The notes under the pieces are model-generated. The model saw only the letters and a list, made by a program, of their open reading frames with translations, did not search any database and was not told where the DNA came from. Of a DNA stretch of 64,000 nucleotides, positions 52,949 through 64,000 are shown piece by piece; the first letter of the stretch is position 1; each line of letters begins with the position of its first letter. Source of the DNA: Mobula hypostoma (taxonomy: Eukaryota); assembly GCF_963921235.1 (NCBI RefSeq), contig NC_086097.1, forward strand, positions 70,062,001 to 70,126,000. Reading direction: 5' to 3'. A program made the position numbers and the translations under genes.

Positions 52949-55900
52949 CTAGAAAATAAACAAATTTAAATTCTCATCTAATACTTACTGAAATGTTAGT
53001 CTCATTTGCCCTACATAAAATTTCTAATTGATTTTTTTTGAAGATCGAGGTTAATGGAAGACTGATAAGGTTATACAATTAACAAAGACAAGAAGAAAAA
53101 GAAACATCACAGAGGATGAACAAGGAAAGAGAGATGAGGCTGTTCTAATGAAAGATCTCTTACCACCTACCTGGCCTGATTTGCTGCATATTTCAAGCAT
53201 GTATTTGTTTCTATTTTAGATTTCCAGAGTCTATGACTTTAAAAAAAATGTTTTCATTCACTTGGTGAATTCACTGTCATTTCTCTTCCAGGAATTCCTA
53301 AACTGATGTTCTACTCTGCTGTCTGATGGGAATTCCTTCATTTGCTCTTTCCTCATTCACCTTCTCTGATGTCCCTTTCTTCATTATTTGCCAAAACAAT
53401 TCTAATGAAAGTTCTTTGACTTGAAACATTAACCCAGTTTTGCTTTCCAAAGATGCAGCGTGAGTATTTCCAGACTTTTCCGTTTTTATTTCATGCCAAT
53501 ATTTAAATATAAAATGTGAAAAATATTTTGGATTACATTATAATTAGCAGCAACAATTGCACCCAATTTCTTTGCTTCAGTTACAAGAAGAATAAAATTC
53601 AATTACTCAAACCTGGATAAATCTGCCTAATCTTATATAGAGTCATATAATTCTTCTACTATGCTAATAGGGATTGCATAATGTTAAATTACTTTCTTCA
53701 CTACAAGAATTTTTTTTCTTAAAGCTTACCATAAAAGACAGAATTTATTGTTGTAAACTGAATTGATCAATGCCGCCTTCCCAGTTTTAGTAACCAGAAT
53801 TGGCATAGAATATATTTATTATGTTTAAAGATGTATGTATAGTTAAGATTATGAAATACATAAACTAACAATTATGATTTCCTAATGAATTTTTGTTAAC
53901 ATCCCCCAATGTTTATTTTTATTCTGATTTCCATAAGACGATAAGATATAGGAGCAGAATTAGGCCATTTGGCCCATTACGTCTGCTCTGCCATTTCATC
54001 ATGGATGATCCTGTTTTCCTCTCAGCCCAATCTCTTGCCTGCTCTTTCCTTGCCAAGTCCTCTGGATGTCGAGACTTAGCCCCAAAAGATCACTTAATGG
54101 GTGATTACTTAAGCAGAAAATGGTGACAGGCAATGTGTCGATGGTGACTAATAAAGATCTGTTTTTACCCAGCATTTATATACATGGATTTTACTGCAGG
54201 TAAATGGACTACCACCTACAGCTGCAACCATGCTGATATGTACCCACTCCTTACTCACAAATGCTAACGTTAATGGCAGGATTTTAGAACTTCCTTGCGG
54301 AGTGCAATGAACTTGATACAGAGGTTTGCAACTAGGAGATTCTGACCTTGTGCTTGGGCAGTGCTTTTGTCCACGAGGCTACTTGGGAATTTTGATGCCA
54401 ATTTTAGAGATTGATCATTCTTTGAAATATAAAGCAGTAACTTGGTTGGTCTATTATTTGACTTCTTAATCAGATTTTCCTTTTCTTTAACACTGAAGTT
54501 TATTGATGTATTGTGATTAAAAGTTGCACTCAAACAAATTCACAGAAAATGCACAAACACAAATTAATCAATAATCCCAGATTAAGGACAGTGAATGTGA
54601 AAGACTATTAAGCAAGCAATGTCAAAGGAGCTATTTTATCTCCCGGCTACATAAAGCTGCTTAAAGGATTTTTATTTCAAATTCTTTGCAAAAGCACTCT
54701 TTATTTGAAAAAGACATTTAAAACAAATATGCAATGTGAAACACAACAATTATATTTAATTAAATCTGATACAGAAGGTCTTAAACACAACTTCAGCATC
54801 CTGGAAAAAAGGTGGTGTTTACAGTTGTTTTTGAATTACTAGAATCCATTCATGATATATCATATTATTGCCAGGGTTAAATGCATATATTTAGCAGAAC
54901 GTGTTTCATCAGGATATATTAAAAAAGGACAAAGGAACAAAAAATACAATAAATTAATTCAAGCTTATGGTGTAGGTATCATTTAATGATTTGCCCAGCA
55001 AATCAGAAATCAGGCATGAGACCAATAATCCTAAAAGAATTGGACAACGATTATAAATGTTTTTCTTTTGCAAAAGGCACAGTTGACAGATATTGGCACT
55101 TATATGATTCAGACCTCAGCCTGTCTTGAATTTTCCCATATGTTCAAGTTGAGCTGCAGGATCATGAGCAGAACATCTGATTGTCTACTCACTCAGCCCA
55201 ACTGTGGAACACTAAAATGTTGAGGAGAAGCTCTGGACTCCAATGGAAAAACAGTGACTGTAATTAAATGCTTTTTTAAAAATTTCACTTTGTTTTTCAT
55301 TGTCTTAAGGTGTTTTCCTTAAAAAATATAAAAGCTTTTTCTTTTTAAATTGTTTTAATCTGTTTGAATAGCTCTTAATGGCTCTGCTTATCAGAAATAT
55401 TTTTTAAATGCTGTCAGCATTTTCAAGAGTTACACCTCAGGATAGGTGTGTGGTGGGTCAGCTTGTCCAGTCCTCTACATCCTAAAAAAAAAAGTGCAGG
55501 TGAACAGACACCACGGGTGACAAATCTTTGCAGTGGATCAAGACAAGGATGATCTGGGCCAATTTATTAACTTTCTTTAGTTCATGTTTATTTCTCTGTA
55601 GCATGCATCAACACAAGCCTGATGGACAAGAAAGCTATTGGTGAAACTTTGTCAATTTATCAACAGACCAAAAACAAAACAGTAGGTAATAGTGAACATC
55701 CCTCATGTCCAACTAGTGCTTGAGTTTGTCACAACAGTTCAAATGTTGGGAAACATTGGGAAGCAGCAGGAAAATCTTAAACATATCACTAATATTTTAT
55801 TTTGATTGAAAGGTTAAAATGCAAGTCAGCTTTTTTCCATCAACTCTGTCTTTCGTTCTCAATGTCGTAAGAGGGATAAGCTTTATTGTGGCTCTCAGAC

Positions 55901-57304
55901 AATTTGAAACAATCAGATTTCTGACTATGGCATACTTTCTCCACTGATTTGTTTCTCCAGGATTGCCTGAAATTCCAATGCAGTTTGGTTATTTCCAGCA
56001 TCCACCTTTCCAAGTTCCACAACCATTCATTTTTGACCCACTCTGCTTCATATTAGTTTCCCTTTCCATGGTACTGTCATACAATCCATATGCATTATCA
56101 TAACCTCTCACACCATATCTTCTTTGTTGCCCTTTACTATCCCTCTAAAATGTTAAGATTGCAAATCTGATATTCATTCAAGGCTGAGGTAGAACATAAC
56201 CAGGATTAGTAAAACAATGGTTCTTGCCACCAATTTCTCATTGATCTCACACTGATCAGGGCTGAAATGCAGCATTGTACTTTGCTTTGAACTGAGTCTT
56301 AAGTCTGAGATTCTATTCCTCACCAACACAACCTACTAAGAATTGGCAATACTGTATACGCATACTTTGATCTCATTACTATAATCACAGGAACTTACAG
56401 TATGTGGAACTGATTTCTCCAGGTATCCCTTGTTAGCCTTTTAAACCTTCATAAGCTATTTCTGGAAGTCCCTCTCCCTCAAAAGTTTCTATCACAATTC
56501 TTTCATTCATCTCTGGCAGCCTTGGCTTGAGATGATTCAAAGAGTGAATAAATTTTCAAGTGTTGAAAGCTCCTTGCAGCTCTATAGTTATCACACATAA
56601 TCCAACTGATCAAATATTACAAACTATTTACTATTTCATTCTGGTATTCTGAAATTCAACAGATTTCATCATGTGCAGCTTTGAAGCACTCATATTAATC
56701 ACTGGCATAAGAGATATACAACATTGGGGTTGGAACTTGAAAATGAATACAGGTTCAGGAAAATCTGTAAAAGATTCGACAATTACAGACATCAGAATTC
56801 AAAACTTGGACCTAGGACACAATAGGAAATTAGTAAGCATTGAATACTAGAGGTGCTTAAGCATTAAGAATTGTTGACAAAGGAAATGTAAGTGACTGAA
56901 GCTGTCATCTTGGTGGCATTATCATTGCATAACTACTTTAAAGACATTAATTTGTAAGCCTACAGTCATACTAAAATTAAATTAAAAAACCATCTTTCTT
57001 CTGCAGATAATTAAAGATGGAAAGATGAATCAGCTGTGTTGCTGGAATTATTTCCTCTAATCTGCTTATTCATAACCTTCTTACAGCCCAATGCACAAAG
57101 AACAGAAAATTTACATCAGATAAACAGGAAGAGAATTAATGACATCGGAGAAAGCACAATGGATGGAATTAAAAACTTCTCAAAGCGTAGGACACAAGTA
57201 TTAAATTTCTATAAAGATTTTGGTTTAACTACAATGCAAGAATGATATTAAACTATTTCCCCCTCATTTATGAAGGTTTTTCATCTAAATATTTTAATTT
57301 ATTT

Positions 57305-58976
57305 TATTTAGAGATACAGCATGGAACAGGCACTTTAGACCACACTGCTCAGCAGTCCACCGATTTAACCCTAGCCTAATCATGGGACAATTTACAATGA
57401 CTAATTAACCATGTGTGGTCCCAGTACTCAAGCAGGGCCAAACGAAAGTCTTGAATGACTACCGTCCAGTGGCCCTGGCCTCACACATCATGAAGACCCT
57501 AGAGAGGCCGGTCCTGGCTCACCTCCGACTCCTGCTCACATCAGCCCTCGATCCCCTGCAGTTTGCCTACCCAGAGCACATTGGAGTTGATGATGCTGTC
57601 ATCTACCTGTTGACAGAGCCTTCTCCCATTTGGATAAGCAGGCCAGCATTGCGAGGATTGTGTTTTTTGATTTCTCAAGTGCCTTCAATACCATACAGAT
57701 CTCAATGCTGGGGGAGAAGCTTCGTTCAATGCAGGATGGCACTTCCATTATATTCTAGATAATGGACTACATGACTGGCAGACCACAGTTTGTGCAGCTT
57801 CAGAGTTGTGGGTCAGACATGGCTAGAAGCAGCACTGGGGCCCAACAGTATTGGCTCTCTTCCTGTTTACCCTGTATACCTCAGACTTTAGATACAACAT
57901 TGGGTCATGACATCTGCAGAAATTCTCTGCTGACTCAGCATTAGTTGGATATGCAAAAGGAGGATGGGAGGATGAATACAAGGCCCTGGTGGAGGACTTT
58001 CTCAAATGGTGCAAACTGAATCATCTGCAGCTCAACATCAATAAGACAAAGGAGATGGTGATGGGTTTTAGGAGGGCTAAGCCTGCATTCCTCCCTGTTA
58101 CTATTAATGGTGAGGATGTGGATGTGATGTGGACCTACAAATACCTGGGGTGCACCTGGATGATAAGACTTGAGTGGAGCACCAACACAGAGGCTGTGTA
58201 CAAGGGTCAGAGTCACCTCTACTCCCTGAGGAGACTGAGGTCCTTTGGAGTACGCAGGTCTCTCCTTCATATGTTCTACCAGTCTGTTGTTGTCAGTGCA
58301 ATCTTCTATGTGGTGGTGTGCTGGGGCAATGGCATCAACACAGGAGATGCCAACAGGCTTATAAATTGATTAGAAAGGCTGGCTCTATTATAGAAGTCAA
58401 ACTGGACACACTGGAGGCTCTGGTAGAACAAAGGACCCTCTGGAAAATGCTAGCAATTCTGGACAATGTTTCTCATTCCCTGCATACCATCTTAGCTGAA
58501 CAGAGGAGCACTTTTAGTAATAGACTAAGACAACTGCGCTGCTCCAAAGAGCACTATATGAGGTCACTCTTACCCTCGGCCATTAGGCTCTATAATGAGG
58601 CAACTTACAGCCGGGGAAGTGATGACCTTCTCCGGTTAGACTATTTGAGGTAATTTATTTTTTATTCTTTCTTACTTCTCTTCTAATATTTGTATACTCG
58701 TGTACTTGTAATGCTACTGTGACACTGTCATTTCCATTGGGATCAATAAAGTATCTATCTTAACCTCCTAACAATACTGCCTTTGGATTGTGAGAGGAAA
58801 CCGAAGCACCTGTAGGAAACGCACACGCACATGCTCGCGCTCGTGCAGGTGCGCGCGCCCACACACACACACACAGGAAGGAACGTACAAACTTGATTAT
58901 AGGGAATGTTGGATTTCAATTCTGATGCCCCATGCTTTAATAATGTTGCATGAGCCACTACACTACCATGGCACCC
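57305..58976 (-). mobile_element. tRNA-derived SINE (V-SINE/HE1-like) split by a Rex1 insertion
   Basis: 3' part at 57305-57410 and 5' part at 58761-58976 (caggtgcttcggtttcctctcacaatccaaag on minus); taacc on both sides of the insert. Confidence 0.65.
57411..58760 (+). mobile_element. Rex1/Babar LINE, 5'-truncated and degenerate
   Basis: NDYRPVALASHIMKTLER, LDPLQFAY and HLQLNINKTKEM; AATAAA and (tatc)n tail. Confidence 0.88.
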
Positions 58977-59368
58977 AAATAACTTAAACAAATTCAATCA
59001 TTTGCTCTAGTTCAGAAATGTCTTTGCCGAACTTTCTGAAGTCCATTTATCTAACCTTAGGGATTTATATAAATACCGTACACTGGGTCAAACTAGCCAT
59101 TCAAGTTTCCGCATATCTTGTACTTGGTAGCACAGTTCTCCTACGTGCTCAGGCCCTCACCTACATTCCAAAAATGTGCTGGTTAGTAGGACCAACGAAT
59201 GACCATAAACAGACTACCTGATGTAGGCTGTGGTAGGAAAATCAGGGAGGAGTTGAGGGGCATGTTACAGAAAGGAGGCTACCGGGAAAGTGGGATTAAT
59301 AGGTTGGCTGTGGGTGCCAGCACCGATATGAAGGACTGATCAGCCTCCTTCAGTGTCATGGGAAAATA

Positions 59369-59902
59369 CACTCAGTTTCCATTATATTAGGTACCTCCTG
59401 CACAAAATAAAGTGGCCACTGAATGTATGTTCACGGTCCTCTGCTACTGTAGCCCATCTACTTCAAGGTTTGACATTTTGTGCGTTTAGAAATGCTCTTC
59501 CACACACCACTGTTGTAACACATGGTTGCTGTCTCCTTCTTGAACCAGTCTGGCCATTCTCCTCTGATTTCTCCCATTAACAAGGTGTTTACAACCACTG
59601 ATCTGTCTCTCACCAGATGTCTTTTGTTTATCACACCATTCTCTAGAGACCGTTATACATGAACACCCCAAGATATCAGCACTTTCTGTGATACTCAAAC
59701 CACCTTGCCTGCCACCAATCATTTCAGAGTCAGCCACTTGGATCACATTTCTTACCCATTCTGGTGTTTGGTCTGAACAACAACGAAACTTCTTGACAAT
59801 GTCTGCAAGCTTTTATGCATTGAGTTGCTGTCACATGATTAACCAATTAGATATTTACATTAATGAGGTGTACAGGTGTATCTAGTAAAGTGGCCACCGA
59901 GT
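59369..59902 (-). mobile_element. Non-autonomous Tc1-type element retaining the N-terminal HTH
   Basis: Imperfect TIRs (CACTCAGT...TATTAGGTAC / GTGTATCTAGTAAAGTGGCCACCGAGT); ORF 59486..59746 GLSITESADILG...TVSREWC. Confidence 0.75.
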
Positions 59903-60166
59903 AAATGGCTCATGGGTGCCAGTGAAAGGCAGAGGTTCAAGAAAAGTTGTAGATCAGATGGGAGATATCTGACTGTCCACTCTGCTATTCAATCTTGAGT
60001 ACAACATCAGAGCACTGATATGCTGAAGACAGGGGCAAGCATCACAGTGCATCCACCTTTCACATTTGGGGCAATAGAATAGAAACCTCATTCATTTGAG
60101 TGGAGTCTGTGATGGTATGGTTATCATTTCAGAGGATCAGTTCTGAATCCAGCATGTAACTGCTGT

Positions 60167-60460
60167 GGCATGTGGCCAAGGGCTTAAGGCGTTGGACGAG
60201 CGATCTGAAGGTCATGAGTTCGAACCTCAGCCGAGGCAGCATGTTGTGTCCCTGAGCAAAGCAGTTAACCACACACTGCTCCAGTACACCTAGCTGAAAA
60301 TGGGTACCGGCAAAATGGGTATCGCAAGGGGTTAACCTTGCGATAGATTGGCGTCCTATCCAGGGGGGAGTCTCGTACTCTCAGTCGCTTCACGCCATGG
60401 AAACCAGCATAAGCACCGGCCTGATGAGCCTATAAGGTTCGGGACAGACCTTAACTTTAA
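60167..60460 (+). mobile_element. tRNA-derived SINE with a CORE-like central domain
   Basis: A box tggccaagggc, B box gagttcgaacc, and CORE-like tgtgtccctgagcaaagcagttaacc; 14-bp TSD catgtaactgctgt at 60153-60166 and 60461-60474. Confidence 0.85.
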
Positions 60461-60509
60461 CATGTAACTGCTGTTAGGCATAACAGCGCACCTACTTTCT
60501 TCTAAGTTT

Positions 60510-61425
60510 GCACACATTTGGCATGTCATCTAAAATTTGACAAACTTCTATAGATGTGTGGTGGAGAGTATACTGACTGGTTGCATCATGGCTTGGTATG
60601 GAAATACCAATGCCCTTGAACAAAAAAACCTACAAAAAGTAGTGGATACAGCTTAGTCCATCACAGGCAAACTCTTTTCCACAGTGAGCACATTTACAAG
60701 GAGCACTGTCGCAGGAAAGCAGCATCCATCATCAAGGACACCCACCATCCAGGCCATGCTCTCTTCTTTCAAGAAGGAGGTACAGGAGCTTCAAGTGCCA
60801 CATCACCAGGTTCAGGGACAGTTATTACCCCTCAACTATCAGGCTCTTGAACTAGCGGGAACAACTTCAATCACCCCACAACAATGAACTGATTCCACAA
60901 CCTATGGACTCACTTTTAAAGACTGTAAAACTCATGTTCTCAATATTTATTGCTTATTTATTTAACTTTTCTTTTTGTATTTGCACAATGTGTTGTCTTT
61001 TGCACATTGGTCATCCATCTCTGTTGTGTGCGGTTATTCATTGATTCTTATTGTGCGTTTTTTTCCTACTTACTCCGAATGTCCGCAAGAAAACGAATCT
61101 TAAGGTTGTATATGGTGATACAGTTACAAAATACACATGGACTAAGATGTTAACTGTCCTGTGCTATCACCAGTGGGATCATCATTTGATCTGCCACCTG
61201 TCTTCAGGAGTCTCGGCCCGCTTATGATCAAGACTCCCTCGAGGTGGTGGGCCAGCAGTGCTAAAGCACCACCTCCCACTGGTGAGCTTAAAAACTTGGC
61301 ATCTGCCTTCATCAGAGTTGCTGGTCACTTCCATCCAACAGATAGTCTACTCTTCAGGTGTCTATGCAACTACTGAGGGGTTTGCAAGATATGTATACAC
61401 TGTCTGGCTATCTGCCCCGACAGTG

Positions 61426-61473
<48 letters not shown>

Positions 61474-61495
61474 ATAAGTTTACTTTGAACTTTTG
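60510..61495 (+). mobile_element. Rex1/Babar 3' fragment with an extra insert in its tail
   Basis: Matches 36720-37230 and 37920-38030; the tail resumes after the (AC)n tract. Confidence 0.7.
61431..61471. repeat. (AC)n microsatellite
   Basis: About 20 perfect AC units. Confidence 0.95.
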
Positions 61496-61920
61496 AAAAT
61501 AAAACAGTAAAGTGCTTGATGCATTTTACTTTATTTTAATGTATTTACTTATTTAAATATTTTGAATATTAGTTCATTTTATTAAATATATATTTCAATG
61601 AGATAAAAAAATTTTGCAGTTGGAAAAATGCCAAAATCACTTAGGCATTCTGGAGCAAGGCCTCAGAACACGTTGCCTGGGAGCTGCTCTCAGCCCACTC
61701 CACTTCAGGGGATTGGACAGGGATGCTGAGAGTGACCAGTTTGTGTGCCTCCAACACACCACATTGTGAGTGTACAGGACCACGGCAGCACATCTGGATA
61801 GCAGGCAGATTGCTAACAATGCAACTACTGTTATGAATGTTATTGTATTAGAATGTTCTAACTGAACCTTCACTTTACTGGAATTTTTTTAAAGCCTCTC
61901 AGCAAAAACTTGCAGATGTG

Positions 61921-62484
61921 TGGCAGTGGCCACACATTTTAATTCCACGTCCATTTCCATTCTGATATGTCTATCCACAGCCTCCTCTACTGTAAAGATG
62001 AAGCCACACTCAGGTTGGAGGAACAACACCCTATATTCCCTCTGGGTAGCCTCCAACCTCACGGCATGAACATCGACTTCTCAAACTTCCACTAATGCCC
62101 CACCTCCCCCTCGTACCCCATCCATTATTTATATATACACACATTCTTTTTCTCTCTCCTTTTTCTCCCTCTGTCCCTCTCACTATACACCTTGCCCATC
62201 CTCTGGGTTTCCCCCCTCCCCCTTTTCCTTCTTCCTGGGCCTCCTGTCCCGTGATCCTCTCATATCCCTTTTGCCAATCACCTGTCCGGCTCTTGGCTCC
62301 ATCCCTCCCCCTCTGTCTTCTCCTATCATTTTGGATCTCCCTCTCCCCCTCCCACTTTCAAATCTCTTACTAGCTCTTCTTTCAGTTAGTCCTGACGAAG
62401 GGTCTCGGCCTGAAACGACTGTACCTCTTCCTAGAGATGCTGCCTGGCCTGCCGCGTTCACCAGCAACTTTGATGTGTGTTGCT
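61921..62484 (+). mobile_element. 5'-truncated Neptune-type Penelope element
   Basis: Same 3' sequence as the other copies; its hammerhead lacks the GTC triplet (gaaac-gact). Confidence 0.88.
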
Positions 62485-62789
62485 GGATATACTTTGTTGC
62501 TGTCAGGTGAACTAAACAGATGGAATGGCCTTTCGAAGTTACATATAAATCAGAACAAAACTATTGGAAAACATTGGCTAATCACCTCCTCAGAAAAATA
62601 AGAGCAAAATAGTCACATCAAAAACACTGCTGAAGAAACTGGGGTTCTACTGTGATGCTAGATATTTGAGATCAGACAAAATTACAGATTACTTCTAAAA
62701 AAACACCTTAAAGTTAATACATTCACAAATTGAGGCAACTGGACTCCAATGCAAACTCAATCAACAATATCAAGCAGTAGTACATCAAG

Positions 62790-64000
62790 GTAACTGGACT
62801 TGCTGTGTGTCCAGAAGATGATTCACTACTCATCCGACAGGCTTCTTCAGTTCTAATTCATTGTGGGTAGTTTTCCAGCTTATAAACTTTGCGTTGTTTA
62901 AAGGATGTCCTCCTATGTTGGGCCATCCATTTGTGAAGTGGTTGTTTTGTCTCGCCGATATACAGATCTTCCATCGAAGATCACAGAGTCATTGATTCAG
63001 GTATGTGGATAACACTTGGGTCAAGATCAAAATCTATGAGGTGCAAGCCTTCATAGAATACATCAACTCGGTGGATAATAACATCAAACTTACATGAGAA
63101 GATGCCAAGATTGGCCCTTTTTAGACTGTGCAGTACTTATAAAAGAAAATGGACATCTAGATATTGAAGTTTACAGAAAACCAACCCTCACAGATCACTA
63201 CCTACAGTTTGACTCTCATCACCCACTAGAACGCAAGTTGGGGGTTATGAGAACACTGCATCACCATGCCGAGAATGTGCCTGCCAACATTACAACTAAA
63301 GACAAGAAACACAAGTATTTGAGAGAAGCCTTGAAAGCTTGCGGCTACCCTGAGTGGGCCTTCATCAAGACAGCAACAAAAAAGCAGCAGGGACATCAGC
63401 CTAACAGACAGAAGTAAGGAGCAAAGCAGAGGGAAAAACATAGTCATCCCATATGTACTGGAGTTTCAGAGAAACTCGGAAGAACTTTCAACAAACACCC
63501 AATCCCTGTGTTTTTCAAACCTACAAACACACACAGACAGAAACTTGTCCACCCCAAGGATCCTACACCCAAACATAAACAGAGCAATACTGTATATGCT
63601 ATCCAGTGCAATGAGAACGGTACACACCTGTATATCGGCAAGACAAAACAACCACTTCACAAACGGATAGCCCAACATAGGAGGGCTAGCACCTCAGGTC
63701 AAGGCTCAAGGACAAGGGACATTCCTTTGATGACAACAATATGCACATTTTGGATAGTTTGAAAGAGGGGTTAAGGAAGCCATCTTTGTCAAACTGGAAA
63801 ACCCATCCCTGAACAGAGGGGGTAGGGTATGACACCACCTATCAGCTACTTACAATGTAGTCCTAACATCTTTATGCCAGCATCTCCACAACAGTTCACA
63901 CCTCCATTCATGCAAAGATAAGACTAATGCCCCTCTCATTACCTCTACGACTCTTAACAACCCTCACGTGTCTGCTCGACCTTTAAACAACTCACAGACT
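62790..64000 (+). mobile_element. Penelope-like element of a second clade (Poseidon/Penelope type), with an inverted pLTR at the 5' end
   Basis: PFLD...VYRKPTLTDHYLQFDSHHP (RT C-terminus) and NTVYAIQC...LYIGKTKQPLHKRIAQH (GIY-YIG), with no Cys-rich linker; degenerate antisense hammerhead at 62813-62854. Confidence 0.88.

Noticed and set aside
54660..54685. Minus-strand NKNP resembling the preceding SCFD1 exon
   Set aside because: It is preceded by an in-frame stop and has no splice sites; the true exon probably lies beyond the window.
60167..60235. Possible tRNA gene
   Set aside because: It is the head of a SINE bounded by a TSD.
60415..60450. CTGATGA followed by a short hairpin in the SINE tail, as a possible hammerhead
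   Set aside because: No GAAA or cleavage triplet follows.

Overview
Repeat-rich vertebrate genomic DNA. The repeat families suggest an elasmobranch, probably a ray (inference). Two host genes are visible, both on the minus strand: the last three exons and 3' UTR of SCFD1 (Sly1) at ~42.6-52.9 kb, and what looks like the first coding exon of an Opn5-group non-visual opsin at 2.8-2.9 kb. The rest is mostly transposable elements: CR1, Rex1/Babar, L1-like and R4/Dong LINEs; two clades of Penelope-like elements carrying minimal hammerhead ribozymes; Tc1 and Tigger/pogo DNA transposons; SINEs; and two probable solo LTRs. The most notable observations are a palindromic Tc1-derived family made of two 3' halves (two copies sharing one junction), Penelope insertions with inverted 3' tails and target duplications, a partial duplicate of an SCFD1 exon acceptor, and a chain of orphan minus-strand exon-like segments between SCFD1 and the opsin, one with a kinase Gly-rich loop, which may be a decayed gene. 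All family assignments come from motif recognition, not database searches, and repeat boundaries are approximate unless TSDs or TIRs are quoted.
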